A stretch of 64,000 nt of DNA from Candidatus Omnitrophota bacterium. GTDB lineage: Bacteria > Ratteibacteria > UBA8468 > B48-G9 > JAFGKM01. Below, piece by piece: positions 9,751 through 19,032 of this stretch. How positions within the stretch are numbered: position 1 is the first letter of the stretch; every line of letters starts with the position of its first letter. The position numbers and the translations under genes are program-made. Under the pieces are notes generated by a model. That model was not told where the DNA came from, made no database searches, and saw nothing but the letters and a program-made list of their open reading frames with translations. Location of the stretch: contig JAFGKM010000033.1 of assembly GCA_016928555.1 (NCBI GenBank), forward strand, positions 2,509-66,508. The letters run 5' to 3'.

Positions 9751-10503
9751 TTACTCTCTGTCCCAGAGGTTGTTTGCGCTTCCGATGCTTGATGCCCCTC
9801 CCGCGAACGGGTAGTAGAGGTAAGGGTTATTCGTTGAACTGTATCCCTTGGCAGTTTCCGGAGCCGATGTTGCGTGCGTGGATACATGTCCGTCGCACCA
9901 AAGAACAGTCGCGGCCTGGGAATGCCTGGCATCGACAATCCCCATCCAGTTTGCCGTGCTTGGAGTGGACCACCAGGGACTTACAATATAATATCCCTGT
10001 ATGCCTGTATTGGCGATGATGCAATAGGTGTCATCCGTAAGAAGGATTGTCTTTGACTGCTGTTTGACCTGCCCGAGTTTTGCGGGGGTATATCTCAGAG
10101 GGTCTCCGCTGGCCAGCCAGTAGGTGTTGCCGATATAATAGTAGTTGTATCCGTAGTGAGTGTTATAGCCGATGCTGCTGTTATAGAATGCATGCCTCAT
10201 TGAAGGACAGGCGAAGGCTTTGAGACTATTGACATAACCACCCTTCAGCAGTTGTCCGTGCCATGCATATGCCGCTGTATTGGTTCCGGTTGGATCTCTT
10301 GTGTCAGACGGCGGGAAATACTCGTTGTAGTCCTGCAGGTACATCATGAAAGAGAGTCCCAGCTGTTTCAGGTTGTTTATGCACACCGCCTGCCTTGCCT
10401 TCTCTCTCGCCTTGGACAGCGCCGGAAGAAGCATCGCTGCCAATATAGCTATGATTGCCACCACCACCAGTAACTCTATCAGCGTAAATCCTTTTCTTTT
10501 CAT
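9751..10503 (-). CDS. DUF1559 prepilin-type N-terminal cleavage/methylation protein B
   Basis: MKRKG|[46 protein letters not shown]; paralog of 2387-3178. Confidence 0.92.
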   Translation of the reverse strand: MKRKGFTLIELLVVVAIIAILAAMLLPALSKAREKARQAVCINNLKQLGLSFMMYLQDYNEYFPPSDTRDPTGTNTAAYAWHGQLLKGGYVNSLKAFACPSMRHAFYNSSIGYNTHYGYNYYYIGNTYWLASGDPLRYTPAKLGQVKQQSKTILLTDDTYCIIANTGIQGYYIVSPWWSTPSTANWMGIVDARHSQAATVLWCDGHVSTHATSAPETAKGYSSTNNPYLYYPFAGGASSIGSANNLWDRE

Positions 10504-10522
10504 AGGCTTTCCTCCTTGCTTT

Positions 10523-10600
10523 TGTCATCCCGTACTTGATACGGGATCTCATCCTTTATTCTCTATCCTTGATCCCTTCCTACTATCCGAAGGGATGACA
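10523..10600. repeat. REP/RPE-like palindromic element
   Basis: TGTCATCCC-GTACTTGATAC-GGGATC ... GATCCC-N15-GGGATGACA: two internal hairpins framed by inverted termini. Confidence 0.65.
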
Positions 10601-10653
10601 CAAAACGTCACTTATCACTAAACACTTTATTTCTGTCGTCACCTCCTTTTTCG

Positions 10654-11094
10654 TTATTCCGCTTCAATCAACTGTACAGGTCCCGCAACATCCATGCTCT
10701 TCTGGCCTTCCGGCAGTACCGGAACCATTGCGTTCGCTACAGCTCCGCAAACCGGGCATTTGGGCCATGTGGGCGGAGTTATTTCGCCCATTACTTGAGG
10801 AGAAGCAGGCATTTCTTCCGTACTCTCAATAATAGGTTTTTCTTTCACTCCAAAGACAGCCTCGCAGTTCAGGCATTTCAGAGCAGGATAGGCATTATTG
10901 CCTTTGCTGAAAGGAGAACTCGTGGGATATTCAACAGCCGCATTTGATGATATTCTTTTAACGAACACCTTGTTTGCCTGCGTATCCACAAGAATTCTTT
11001 CATAACTGGCTTGCTGGCCCATGGATTTTACCAGCGCCGCAAGCGCAATAAGAATGACAACAACAAGAACTATTTGTTTTCCTTTGTTCTTCAT
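10654..11094 (-). CDS. Small membrane-anchored protein with two CxxC motifs (putative Zn-ribbon), first gene of DUF1559-B unit
   Basis: Basic N-terminus then hydrophobic helix (IVLVVVILIALAALV); CLNC and CPVCG motifs; GGAG RBS. Confidence 0.75.
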   Translation of the reverse strand: MKNKGKQIVLVVVILIALAALVKSMGQQASYERILVDTQANKVFVKRISSNAAVEYPTSSPFSKGNNAYPALKCLNCEAVFGVKEKPIIESTEEMPASPQVMGEITPPTWPKCPVCGAVANAMVPVLPEGQKSMDVAGPVQLIEAE

Positions 11095-11165
11095 CCTGTT
11101 CAGTCTCCTTATACTTTAATAAGAAAACGCATTCGTTGTATTTTCTCTTATCTATATTCAAGAGC

Positions 11166-11194
11166 ATTATAACATGTAATCATTAATCTGTCAA
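11166..11194 (-). promoter_or_regulatory. Consensus sigma70 promoter
   Basis: TTGACA-N17-TATAAT with extended -10 TG on the minus strand. Confidence 0.8.
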
Positions 11195-11312
11195 GCCCCT
11201 TTTTAAATCGTTTTCGCATAAATTGACAAGGAATCTCTGAAAAACTTTCTGTGTCGTCATTGAATGAAGAAGCTTATGCTTGATGCTTGTCATTACCTTT
11301 TCAGTAACTTAA

Positions 11313-14027
11313 TTATCCCATGAAGAGCCAGCCTGAGTCGGCGGGATTGTCCGTCCCAAACCGCAGTCTGTATTCCCATGGATGCAGAGAAATCCACGCG
11401 GCATTGCCGTGAATGACGTTTATTCTCATTGGCCTATCCGTTGAATAATAACCTTCAAAAACTACAAAAGGGATTGACATGACGGCTTTCCATGATTTAT
11501 TACTCTTTGAAATTACCGTTCGCCACCGGTTATCTTCAATAGTCTTAAAATTATCATGACGCGTATCCCCATTTTTAGATACTTGAAAGGTCTGCGCAGG
11601 CCACAGCCGGCACGGTTCAATTTTCAGCGTTATCTGACCATCGCCATCCTTGCATTGGACTTCAAAGGAGATATTATCCCTGTCATGCCATGCTTTCCAC
11701 TTTGTTCTTCCATCATCAAGCGTTTCCCACAGACTGCTGTTTTTTTCTCTGGCTGCAGTGTATTTTTTCCCTTCAGGAGCTTCCCCCGTATATACGGAAA
11801 AAAGTTTTTCTCCGGCATCTATCATTTTTTCAACTTCAGGGAAATCTTCCCGGAGAAGGTCTTTCAGAATTTCTGCGCGCCATTTGAGTTTCGCCGGAAA
11901 ATATTTGTAACCCTCGGCTTCCGAGTGGAAGCCAAGCCTGGAATCCGTGAGACACAGCTCCCTGAGCGATAAAGAATTTTTTATTTCGGCAGAGACAATA
12001 CCCTTCATAATCTCCAAACTGTTCTTCTGTTCTGCAATATCCAGATAAGGAAGCGCTTCTCGCAAATCATAAAAACGGAAAAAGTTGTAAGCACTGCTGA
12101 ACTGGATGTTTAAAGCCTTGGCCAGGCCGATATCAAGCATGCGTTCGTGGTTATTGCTGTATTCCGGTTCAATCGCTTGAAGGATTTTTACTCCCCTGTC
12201 CCAGTTTTCAGCCATCTGTTTAAGAAGCACAAGTATTTCCTGCAGGGTATGGTCGTAACAGATGCATTCACCTATCCTGTCCCCGCTTTCCTGCGGGAAA
12301 GTAAACTTCCAGCTCGGCGATATCGGGGCATCAACGGGTTTCAGGTAAAGTTGCCACACCACAGAATTATGGACAGGTCCGTACCATGCAAAACTCAAAT
12401 TGAAAGGAAAACTTGAATATCCCTTTTGGAACCATTTCCATGCGCTTGCCGCTTTTTCAGCGTCTGTTCCCCAATCTCTATGCGCAAGTTTTAAAAGGAA
12501 TTCGTCTTCATCCGGCGGAAACGGGAGAAAAGAAAGTTCGCCGGCAGCTTTGTTCATCAGTCCCGGGTAATTGCCGAAATACCAGCACTGCATAACGGAG
12601 GTTACCTTAAGCTTCCGCATCGCACTGTATTTTTTGTATAGATTTCCCGGCACCGGAACAAAAGGCACGGTTGCAACTTCATGGGAACAGCCTACCTGTA
12701 TCTTTGCCGAGACGCAGGCTCCGTTTCTTGCGGCGCTTTTTGCGCAATCTTTAAAAATCCTGCCCGGACCCGGCCATGCGAGCCAGTAGTCAAGCAGAAG
12801 GCGTTCCTTGCCTGCCTGTATTTCTTTTCCGCCGGATTCAAAATTATATTGGAATATTACGTCGTCCGGCATGTTGGCGGCTATTTCCCTGATAACCTTT
12901 TCAGTTTCTCCTGCCGAATTTTTGTCTTTTCCGTGTATTGCCGGCACATACAGCCATGAAATCATTTCTGCTGCGGGGTTTGCCCTGTGCATGCCTGCAG
13001 CTATTGCGGATGCCGTATCGTAAAAAACCTCCCATGGTTTTCTTTTTGAGCATCTGGGGCAGTTATTGTTGAAGAAATTCGCTGTGCTTGAATAACAGTG
13101 GGTCGGTCTTTCCCCGAGATTTATGTCTATAATGCCGCCTAGGCCCGGCACGGAAGAAAAGAGGTAATAAGCGGATTCTTCAAGATATTCCCGTCCTTCC
13201 CTGGAAGAAGTGCAGAAGTATGTTGTATCTCCCTGTCGGTGTCCCGCAAAATATTTGTTTTTGTTCAATTCTTCCGCAGGCAGAAGATATTCGGGGGTTT
13301 TCCCGAAACCGCGGGGTTCAATGCAGAAAAGATATAATTTTATTCCGTACAGAGCGCATTTTGTGACGGTTTTGTTGAGTTTTTCAAGACGCCTGAATCT
13401 ATCTCTGCCGTGTCCGGGAAAGAATTTTGAAGGGCATAAATCGCTGAACTGTACCGTGAGCCATAGGCCGTTAACAGCTTCATGTGCGAGGCGGTTCAGG
13501 TATTCTTCCGGATAATAGTCGGTATCGTCAGCAAGTTCATCGCGGTTCATCGGCGGGCGTTTTATCGGGCCGAAAAAACACCTGGATATCCTGGTTTTTA
13601 TAAAAGGGCTTCTTTTGTATCCGCCGGTTTTAAGAAACGGGCCTCCGCTCCTTTGAATCTCGTCCTCTACGAAAACAAGGCCCCTGCGGATGCCTTCCGT
13701 ATCGCCGGCAATTATTCTGCAGGAATCTTCGGCAACATCCACCGTGAAGCTTTCAAAAGAACGGGTCCGGGCTTTTTCGGTAATGATTTTATACGGCCCT
13801 CTGCCTATACCGCATGCTTTCAGAAACTGCCTGAAGTCCGCGTATGCGGATAAGAGGTTTTTATCTGCGAAAAGGAAGTCCAATGCTACACCGCATTTGA
13901 GAACCGCTTCCCCTTCTTTTTTTTGATTACGGTTTAAAAGGATTTTTTTGTGAAGGGGCGTTTGCAGTTCCCGTATGAATTTCCAGTTTTTTTCAGCCGG
14001 CTGTCCGGGGCTCTGTCCTGCAGGCAT
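11313..14027 (-). CDS. Large hypothetical protein, glycoside hydrolase-like (GH20/GH67-type N-terminal domain, barrel, C-terminal CBM9/DOMON-like tail)
   Basis: Long ORF; start placed at 14027 (GAGGGA RBS just after the upstream stop); IIAGDTEGIRRGLVFVE resembles GH20/67 domain 2; family assignment tentative. Confidence 0.55.
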   Translation of the reverse strand: MPAGQSPGQPAEKNWKFIRELQTPLHKKILLNRNQKKEGEAVLKCGVALDFLFADKNLLSAYADFRQFLKACGIGRGPYKIITEKARTRSFESFTVDVAEDSCRIIAGDTEGIRRGLVFVEDEIQRSGGPFLKTGGYKRSPFIKTRISRCFFGPIKRPPMNRDELADDTDYYPEEYLNRLAHEAVNGLWLTVQFSDLCPSKFFPGHGRDRFRRLEKLNKTVTKCALYGIKLYLFCIEPRGFGKTPEYLLPAEELNKNKYFAGHRQGDTTYFCTSSREGREYLEESAYYLFSSVPGLGGIIDINLGERPTHCYSSTANFFNNNCPRCSKRKPWEVFYDTASAIAAGMHRANPAAEMISWLYVPAIHGKDKNSAGETEKVIREIAANMPDDVIFQYNFESGGKEIQAGKERLLLDYWLAWPGPGRIFKDCAKSAARNGACVSAKIQVGCSHEVATVPFVPVPGNLYKKYSAMRKLKVTSVMQCWYFGNYPGLMNKAAGELSFLPFPPDEDEFLLKLAHRDWGTDAEKAASAWKWFQKGYSSFPFNLSFAWYGPVHNSVVWQLYLKPVDAPISPSWKFTFPQESGDRIGECICYDHTLQEILVLLKQMAENWDRGVKILQAIEPEYSNNHERMLDIGLAKALNIQFSSAYNFFRFYDLREALPYLDIAEQKNSLEIMKGIVSAEIKNSLSLRELCLTDSRLGFHSEAEGYKYFPAKLKWRAEILKDLLREDFPEVEKMIDAGEKLFSVYTGEAPEGKKYTAAREKNSSLWETLDDGRTKWKAWHDRDNISFEVQCKDGDGQITLKIEPCRLWPAQTFQVSKNGDTRHDNFKTIEDNRWRTVISKSNKSWKAVMSIPFVVFEGYYSTDRPMRINVIHGNAAWISLHPWEYRLRFGTDNPADSGWLFMG

Positions 14028-14037
14028 TTTGTTTCCC

Positions 14038-16854
14038 TCAGTTTGACTCCAGCCACCACATCTTTGTTTCATATTTTTCAAGATTAACGGAAAATGAAGT
14101 TGTTTTTTCAGAGACAACCTCTCCGCTGAATGCATCAACTACCTTTACCGGTACGGGCAATTTTATCGTTCGTTTGCCGGCATATCTCGCATGTATGGAC
14201 AACATGGATTTGTTTGCGCACAGGAAGTCTTCGCTGTCGCTGTATACATGCACGCCTGCGTACTCTGCTATACCGCGAAGCAAAGAAGCGGGTAGATTTG
14301 GGACGCCGCACCATATTGACCGCCAACTGCCGTTTTCTTTGACCGCTAACCCGGGGCCGTATTCCATCCCTGTTTTAAACGTCCCGTCGGGATGAGTGCC
14401 TGAGTATGCCGCGTACATGCCCAAAACATCGGCCTGGTTGTCCGCGCATTTAATAATCGGTCCCATATGCCGGTCCACTCCGAAACGCAGTCCCGGCGGG
14501 CATCTTCTTGTGATTGGATGGTCAAAGTCGCAGAGGTATAAACTCAGTTGCCCTCCTGCATCCTGAGGTTCCAGTTCAATCCCCGTTAATTCCGCCATCG
14601 CTTCTTTGCTGAATCCTTCTTCAGTAACGTATCCCGGAGCAAATATCCACAATGCGGTTGCGTGTTCCCGCCTGACTTTTTCCATGACCGTTTTCCTCTG
14701 CTCATCAGTCATGTAGAAAGTGTCAAGAAAGATGTACAGCTTGTACTGCGGTATCCGAGCAATATCCTCAATCAGATACATGTCAAAAGGCGCTCCAATC
14801 CTCGACATTTCATTGTAGACCTGATGCGGCATAAGGTTGTTCAACAGCGAAGCGGTATTGGAGTCCGCCTTAAGGAAAAAATGCGAACGCTGGCTCACAA
14901 TCACGGCAATTTCAGCGTTCCGGGAGCGGTCGCGCCGCAAAGATTCTTCGCCTATCTTTTCAATCCTGCCTATGTTTTCCATCGTAGCCCTGTCTTCCAG
15001 CCAGCCCAGCCCCCAATCCACCCACCAAAGGGATTCTGCCTCAGATAAGGCATAGGCAAAATTGCGCTTGTGAACATTGACCGTTTCCTCAGCCGTGTTT
15101 GTACGGCCGTAACTCGTGTTCTCACCTGAGATGTGCGTGCGGGTATCGTCCTCCCCCCAGAAGAATTTGCCGTGCAGGCGCATTGAACCGGCAACTCCCG
15201 AACCATACATGGACATCCCTCCCGGCTGGCGTTCGCGGTATTGAAAGGGTGCGCAGAGTGCATCAACATCGGGAGATTCCAGCACGCTCAGCATGGCGTG
15301 GTGTCCGCGGCTGTTATAGTTCACTGGAGCGTCTGCGGGTATGTGGTATCCGAAGAAAAACAGCGTAAGCCGCTTCCTGTCAGTTTCCTCCTTGATGGCT
15401 TTTGCAAAAAAACATATAAGGTCGGAGACGCTCTCAGCATTGAACTGAAGGTAATCCGCAACCTTGTTGGCGCCTCTTGCCGGGTCCTTGAAGTTATAAA
15501 AATCTCCCTGTCTGCGTTCTTCCGCCGTAGGAATATCGGCAGTGTTGAGCGTAACGCTTTTATCGCGCCAAGATTTTTGCAGCCCGTCATCGGTTCCGTA
15601 CCTGGCTTTCAGCCAACCGCGGAACGTCCGGCGCGATACCTCGCTGTAATCATAAAACCTCTCGCCGCTCTCAAAGAGCCATTCATACCTGCCGTAGTCA
15701 AGGTTATAGCCGATAATTCTTTCCCCGAAGGTAGAGCTGTTATGATGGCGGATAACCTGCCTGACCGCCTCGCCCCCCTCTTCTCTCCATGTTTCTGACG
15801 GATAGCTCACAAAACGCATACTGACGAGCGCCTTGCCGTTGGAATCAAGCACCTCCTCGTCTGTATGCGAGTTTATCCACCAGTCAGGGGGAAGCAGACG
15901 CCACCGTATGAGAAAACGCGCCTCTGCATCGCTCTCAAGAATGTTTTTGAATTTTTTATCCATGCTGGAAAAATTGAAAGCGTTCGGTCCGTACCACACC
16001 CCGTACCGGAAGTCGAGAGTGACCAGGTAGATGTGTACGCCCTGACCGGAAAAAGCCATGCCTGATTCAGGCGGGCCAAGAGTCTTGATTTGCCCCGGAT
16101 TTGCCAGGTCCCCCCTCCACAGTTTCGGGTTTGCCATGGTAAAATCATCTTCAAACAGCACTTTGCCGTCAATGGTTGAAATACGTATGTCGTCAACCGT
16201 ACTGCATGTATGGAAAACGCTGAATGCGGCTTGACTGACAGGCAAAGGCTCTTCTAAGTCTTCCTTTTCGGCAACAGGATTTCCATCCACGAACGCGGAA
16301 ATTTTATTTCCGTCAATAACCATTTTAAGGCGGTAAAGCCTGCCGGTTTCCCAGTTGAATGGAATGTTAAACCACCGCTCATAGTCGCGGTGATATTTTA
16401 AAAAAGAGATGCATCTTTCGCCTGAAACTTCTTCCAGCCCCAGGAAGTAAAAACTCCGGCCAGCACTAGCCTGGATTGAGACGTTTGCGCCTCCTTCAAA
16501 TACTTCCCTGACGGCAACAGCCGCTTCAATTACAACCGGGCCGTCCAATTTGCAGTTTGCCGTCAGAGAGCGGTTCGTGTACCAGTTCGGCAGGCATGTC
16601 AGCACAAGCCGTCCATTTTCCACATACGGCCTCGGCTTTGTCTCCTCCCCCATGAGTCCCGTGCGCGTCTTGCCGTCCAGGTAAAAAGCAGGGGAACCGT
16701 TAAGCATTTTTATTTCCGCTTTAGGCCCCGGACAGGGAACTTTTTGCGGATAAGGTACAGCCGCCTGTATGCCTGCGGCTTCAGAAGAGACAAAAAGCAA
16801 ATTACCAAACAGCGCAAAATACCACATGTACCGCATCAATTTTGTTTTTGACAT
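14038..16854 (-). CDS. Exported GH42-like glycoside hydrolase paralog C with inserted beta-sandwich domain
   Basis: Signal peptide; NGSPAFYLDGK, YGRYEW, GEDDTRTH, KRNFAY; colinear with paralogs A and B but more diverged. Confidence 0.8.
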   Translation of the reverse strand: MSKTKLMRYMWYFALFGNLLFVSSEAAGIQAAVPYPQKVPCPGPKAEIKMLNGSPAFYLDGKTRTGLMGEETKPRPYVENGRLVLTCLPNWYTNRSLTANCKLDGPVVIEAAVAVREVFEGGANVSIQASAGRSFYFLGLEEVSGERCISFLKYHRDYERWFNIPFNWETGRLYRLKMVIDGNKISAFVDGNPVAEKEDLEEPLPVSQAAFSVFHTCSTVDDIRISTIDGKVLFEDDFTMANPKLWRGDLANPGQIKTLGPPESGMAFSGQGVHIYLVTLDFRYGVWYGPNAFNFSSMDKKFKNILESDAEARFLIRWRLLPPDWWINSHTDEEVLDSNGKALVSMRFVSYPSETWREEGGEAVRQVIRHHNSSTFGERIIGYNLDYGRYEWLFESGERFYDYSEVSRRTFRGWLKARYGTDDGLQKSWRDKSVTLNTADIPTAEERRQGDFYNFKDPARGANKVADYLQFNAESVSDLICFFAKAIKEETDRKRLTLFFFGYHIPADAPVNYNSRGHHAMLSVLESPDVDALCAPFQYRERQPGGMSMYGSGVAGSMRLHGKFFWGEDDTRTHISGENTSYGRTNTAEETVNVHKRNFAYALSEAESLWWVDWGLGWLEDRATMENIGRIEKIGEESLRRDRSRNAEIAVIVSQRSHFFLKADSNTASLLNNLMPHQVYNEMSRIGAPFDMYLIEDIARIPQYKLYIFLDTFYMTDEQRKTVMEKVRREHATALWIFAPGYVTEEGFSKEAMAELTGIELEPQDAGGQLSLYLCDFDHPITRRCPPGLRFGVDRHMGPIIKCADNQADVLGMYAAYSGTHPDGTFKTGMEYGPGLAVKENGSWRSIWCGVPNLPASLLRGIAEYAGVHVYSDSEDFLCANKSMLSIHARYAGKRTIKLPVPVKVVDAFSGEVVSEKTTSFSVNLEKYETKMWWLESN

Positions 16855-16910
16855 AACCGCTCCCTGTTAAAAAAATATAGGGACCTTTTCCTCTTCCTGT
16901 TTTCAATAGC

Positions 16911-16939
16911 TTTATAACATTCAGGCGCAAATTTGTAAA
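16911..16939 (-). promoter_or_regulatory. sigma70 promoter for GH paralog C unit
   Basis: TTTACA-N17-TATAAA with extended -10 TG on the minus strand. Confidence 0.6.
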
Positions 16940-16978
16940 GGTTTTTAAAAAACGGTTTAAAATAAAGTAAAATTGCTG

Positions 16979-17006
16979 TTGACAGAAAGAACCGGAGGTA
17001 TATAAT
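16979..17006 (+). promoter_or_regulatory. Divergent sigma70 promoter for 17089-19032
   Basis: TTGACA-N16-TATAAT. Confidence 0.6.
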
Positions 17007-17029
17007 ATGCAGAATAAAAAAATTCTTTT

Positions 17030-17068
17030 AAATCCCCTCCTTGGAAAAAGGAGGGATAGGGAGGATTT
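17030..17068. repeat. C-rich/G-rich hairpin repeat (family A)
   Basis: AAATCCCCTCCTTGGAAAAAGGAGGGATAGGGAGGATTT; related copies at 19196, 19409, 35598, 43321, 44580. Confidence 0.6.
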
Positions 17069-17088
17069 GCGCGGGGGAGAGCGAACAA

Positions 17089-19032
17089 ATGAAGAAAATA
17101 GAAAAGACTGCAAAAGGGTGGCGGTTGAAGGGCGGCAATCTTATACTGGATATTGACGGCGCTTCGGGAGAACTGAAATCTCTAATTGTTGATACAGGCA
17201 GGAAATTCGTATGGACTCCTGATAAGGGAACTGTCTCCGTTTCCGACGACTTTACGGGAAAGAAATATACCGGCAAGGATATTAAGAGAATAAAATTTGA
17301 ACTCAAAGGAGATGTTTTAACTCTTTCAAAATATTTCAAGGATGCGCCTTTTCTGTTGACTGAAAAATACAGCGTTGAAGACGAAGTTATCCACTGGACT
17401 TCGCGGCTGGATATGGACAAGGGCGAATTCCGCTCCTGCTCAATAGTTTATTCAATACCGTGGCCCCAGCCCGCGTACGGAAATAACTTGTGGGCGGCGA
17501 AGGATAACATGCCTTCGGAACTGGGGCGTTTCGGCGGCTTTGCGTTTGAGTACGGGGAGATTACCAGCGGAATTCTCATCCCCGCGCTGTGCGCCTGGCG
17601 CAAGAAGGAGGATGCAGGCCTTCTCCTTGCCATGCCTTTTGATTTCAAAGCGCCCCGTTTCCGGTTTGTCGGCGGTTTCCGCGAGCCGGCTCTTTATGTC
17701 AGGTACGACTGGCTGGCGCTTAAGGCAGGCAAGCCTGCTGAAGCGAGCCTTCTCCTTCGCGCCGCTTCCGGCGGCTGGCGTCCGTCGCTCGGCTGGCTCT
17801 ATAAAAGGTTCAGGGAATATTTTGAGCCGCGTTCCAAGAACATCCATAACCTGTGGGGCGGCCATATATGCGGTACATACGACGTCCCTTTGAAGAAAGC
17901 GCGCATAATGGCGGAGCTCGGCTGTAAGTGGCATGAGATTCATGCACATTTCCCCTTTTACGGAAACTACCATCCGGAAGGAATGAAAAGTTGGAGTACC
18001 GGCCATCCGATGCGCGTTTCCAAAGCCCATCCGGATATTTCGGTTGAACTCATCAAAAAGAGTATAAAGAACCTGCATAATGCCGGAGTGGCGGCAATGC
18101 CTTACATTCAGGTTGCAGGAGACGGGGACGATAAATTGCCGGCGGCTATTTTGAATAGGTCGCTCATAAAGGATATTTACGGGGAAAAGGTTTCGGCATG
18201 GCCCGGAACACACATGATGAACTCCGACCTGTCTCTTCCTTTCGGAAAAGATATGGTAAGGCAGATAAAAGGTATGGTCTCCCGCTATCCGGAGATGGAC
18301 GGCGTTTTTCTTGACCAGGCGTGCTACAATTTTCTTGACACCGCCCACAGCGACGGGATTACCGCGGTCGGCAACAGGCCGGCCTATATGACCGGCTTCA
18401 ATTATGCGCCTCAGCTGGAATTGCTTTCAGGCTTACTGCATCCTGAAAAGGTCATCATCGGCAATGGACCGTTCAGCATAGGGATTATGAAATATATTGA
18501 CGGGTTCATGGCGGAATGTGAAAGCTGGCTGAACGACCATTTGCAGTATTATGCCATTGCAAAACCGATGTTCTTCCTTACGTGGGGGAAAAGCGGCCGC
18601 TCTCTTGAAAAAATGTTCCAGAGCTGTATTTTTTACGGCGCCGGGTTTACGAGCAACCCCGAGGTTTACAAATCTTCAAAGGATATATTTGACATGTACA
18701 TGCCTGTGCTCCAATTGTTATACAGGCGGCGCTGGGTTTTTGAGAACAACCCCATTGAAGTGCCGTATGGATATAAAGGCAGTCTCTTTTCCAGTTCGAG
18801 GGGGACGCTTGTCGCAGGCATTGTGAGCGAAACGGTGCGCACTATGCCGCCTCCGTTCCGGTCGGAGACGGTTCATATCAATGCAAAGGCGGCGAAGAAG
18901 ACGCACAGGGTTGTTCTGCACGAACCGGGGCAGAAGCCGAGGGATATAAAGTTTTCCTGCAAAGAGGAGGGGCTGGAGTTTGATGTTCCGGGAGCAACTG
19001 TCGCCGCCGTAGCCGAACTCATAACGGCTTAA
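17089..19032 (+). CDS. Hypothetical cytoplasmic glycoside hydrolase-like protein (DUF6259-like barrel)
   Basis: 647 aa from ATG 17089; the upstream in-frame TTG lies in a repeat. MDGVFLDQ resembles the nucleophile strand of retaining GH barrels; no signal peptide. Confidence 0.5.
   Translation: MKKIEKTAKGWRLKGGNLILDIDGASGELKSLIVDTGRKFVWTPDKGTVSVSDDFTGKKYTGKDIKRIKFELKGDVLTLSKYFKDAPFLLTEKYSVEDEVIHWTSRLDMDKGEFRSCSIVYSIPWPQPAYGNNLWAAKDNMPSELGRFGGFAFEYGEITSGILIPALCAWRKKEDAGLLLAMPFDFKAPRFRFVGGFREPALYVRYDWLALKAGKPAEASLLLRAASGGWRPSLGWLYKRFREYFEPRSKNIHNLWGGHICGTYDVPLKKARIMAELGCKWHEIHAHFPFYGNYHPEGMKSWSTGHPMRVSKAHPDISVELIKKSIKNLHNAGVAAMPYIQVAGDGDDKLPAAILNRSLIKDIYGEKVSAWPGTHMMNSDLSLPFGKDMVRQIKGMVSRYPEMDGVFLDQACYNFLDTAHSDGITAVGNRPAYMTGFNYAPQLELLSGLLHPEKVIIGNGPFSIGIMKYIDGFMAECESWLNDHLQYYAIAKPMFFLTWGKSGRSLEKMFQSCIFYGAGFTSNPEVYKSSKDIFDMYMPVLQLLYRRRWVFENNPIEVPYGYKGSLFSSSRGTLVAGIVSETVRTMPPPFRSETVHINAKAAKKTHRVVLHEPGQKPRDIKFSCKEEGLEFDVPGATVAAVAELITA

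Noticed and set aside
2387-10503. Diversity-generating retroelement acting on the two DUF1559 paralogs
   Set aside because: Differences are not confined to adenines, both copies are intact genes, and no reverse transcriptase is present.
11313-14138. Track start at 14138 (also extended starts at 3214, 17041, 38533, 48987, 50727, 51910)
   Set aside because: They overlap neighbouring genes or repeats and lack an RBS; downstream starts with RBS or coupling were used.
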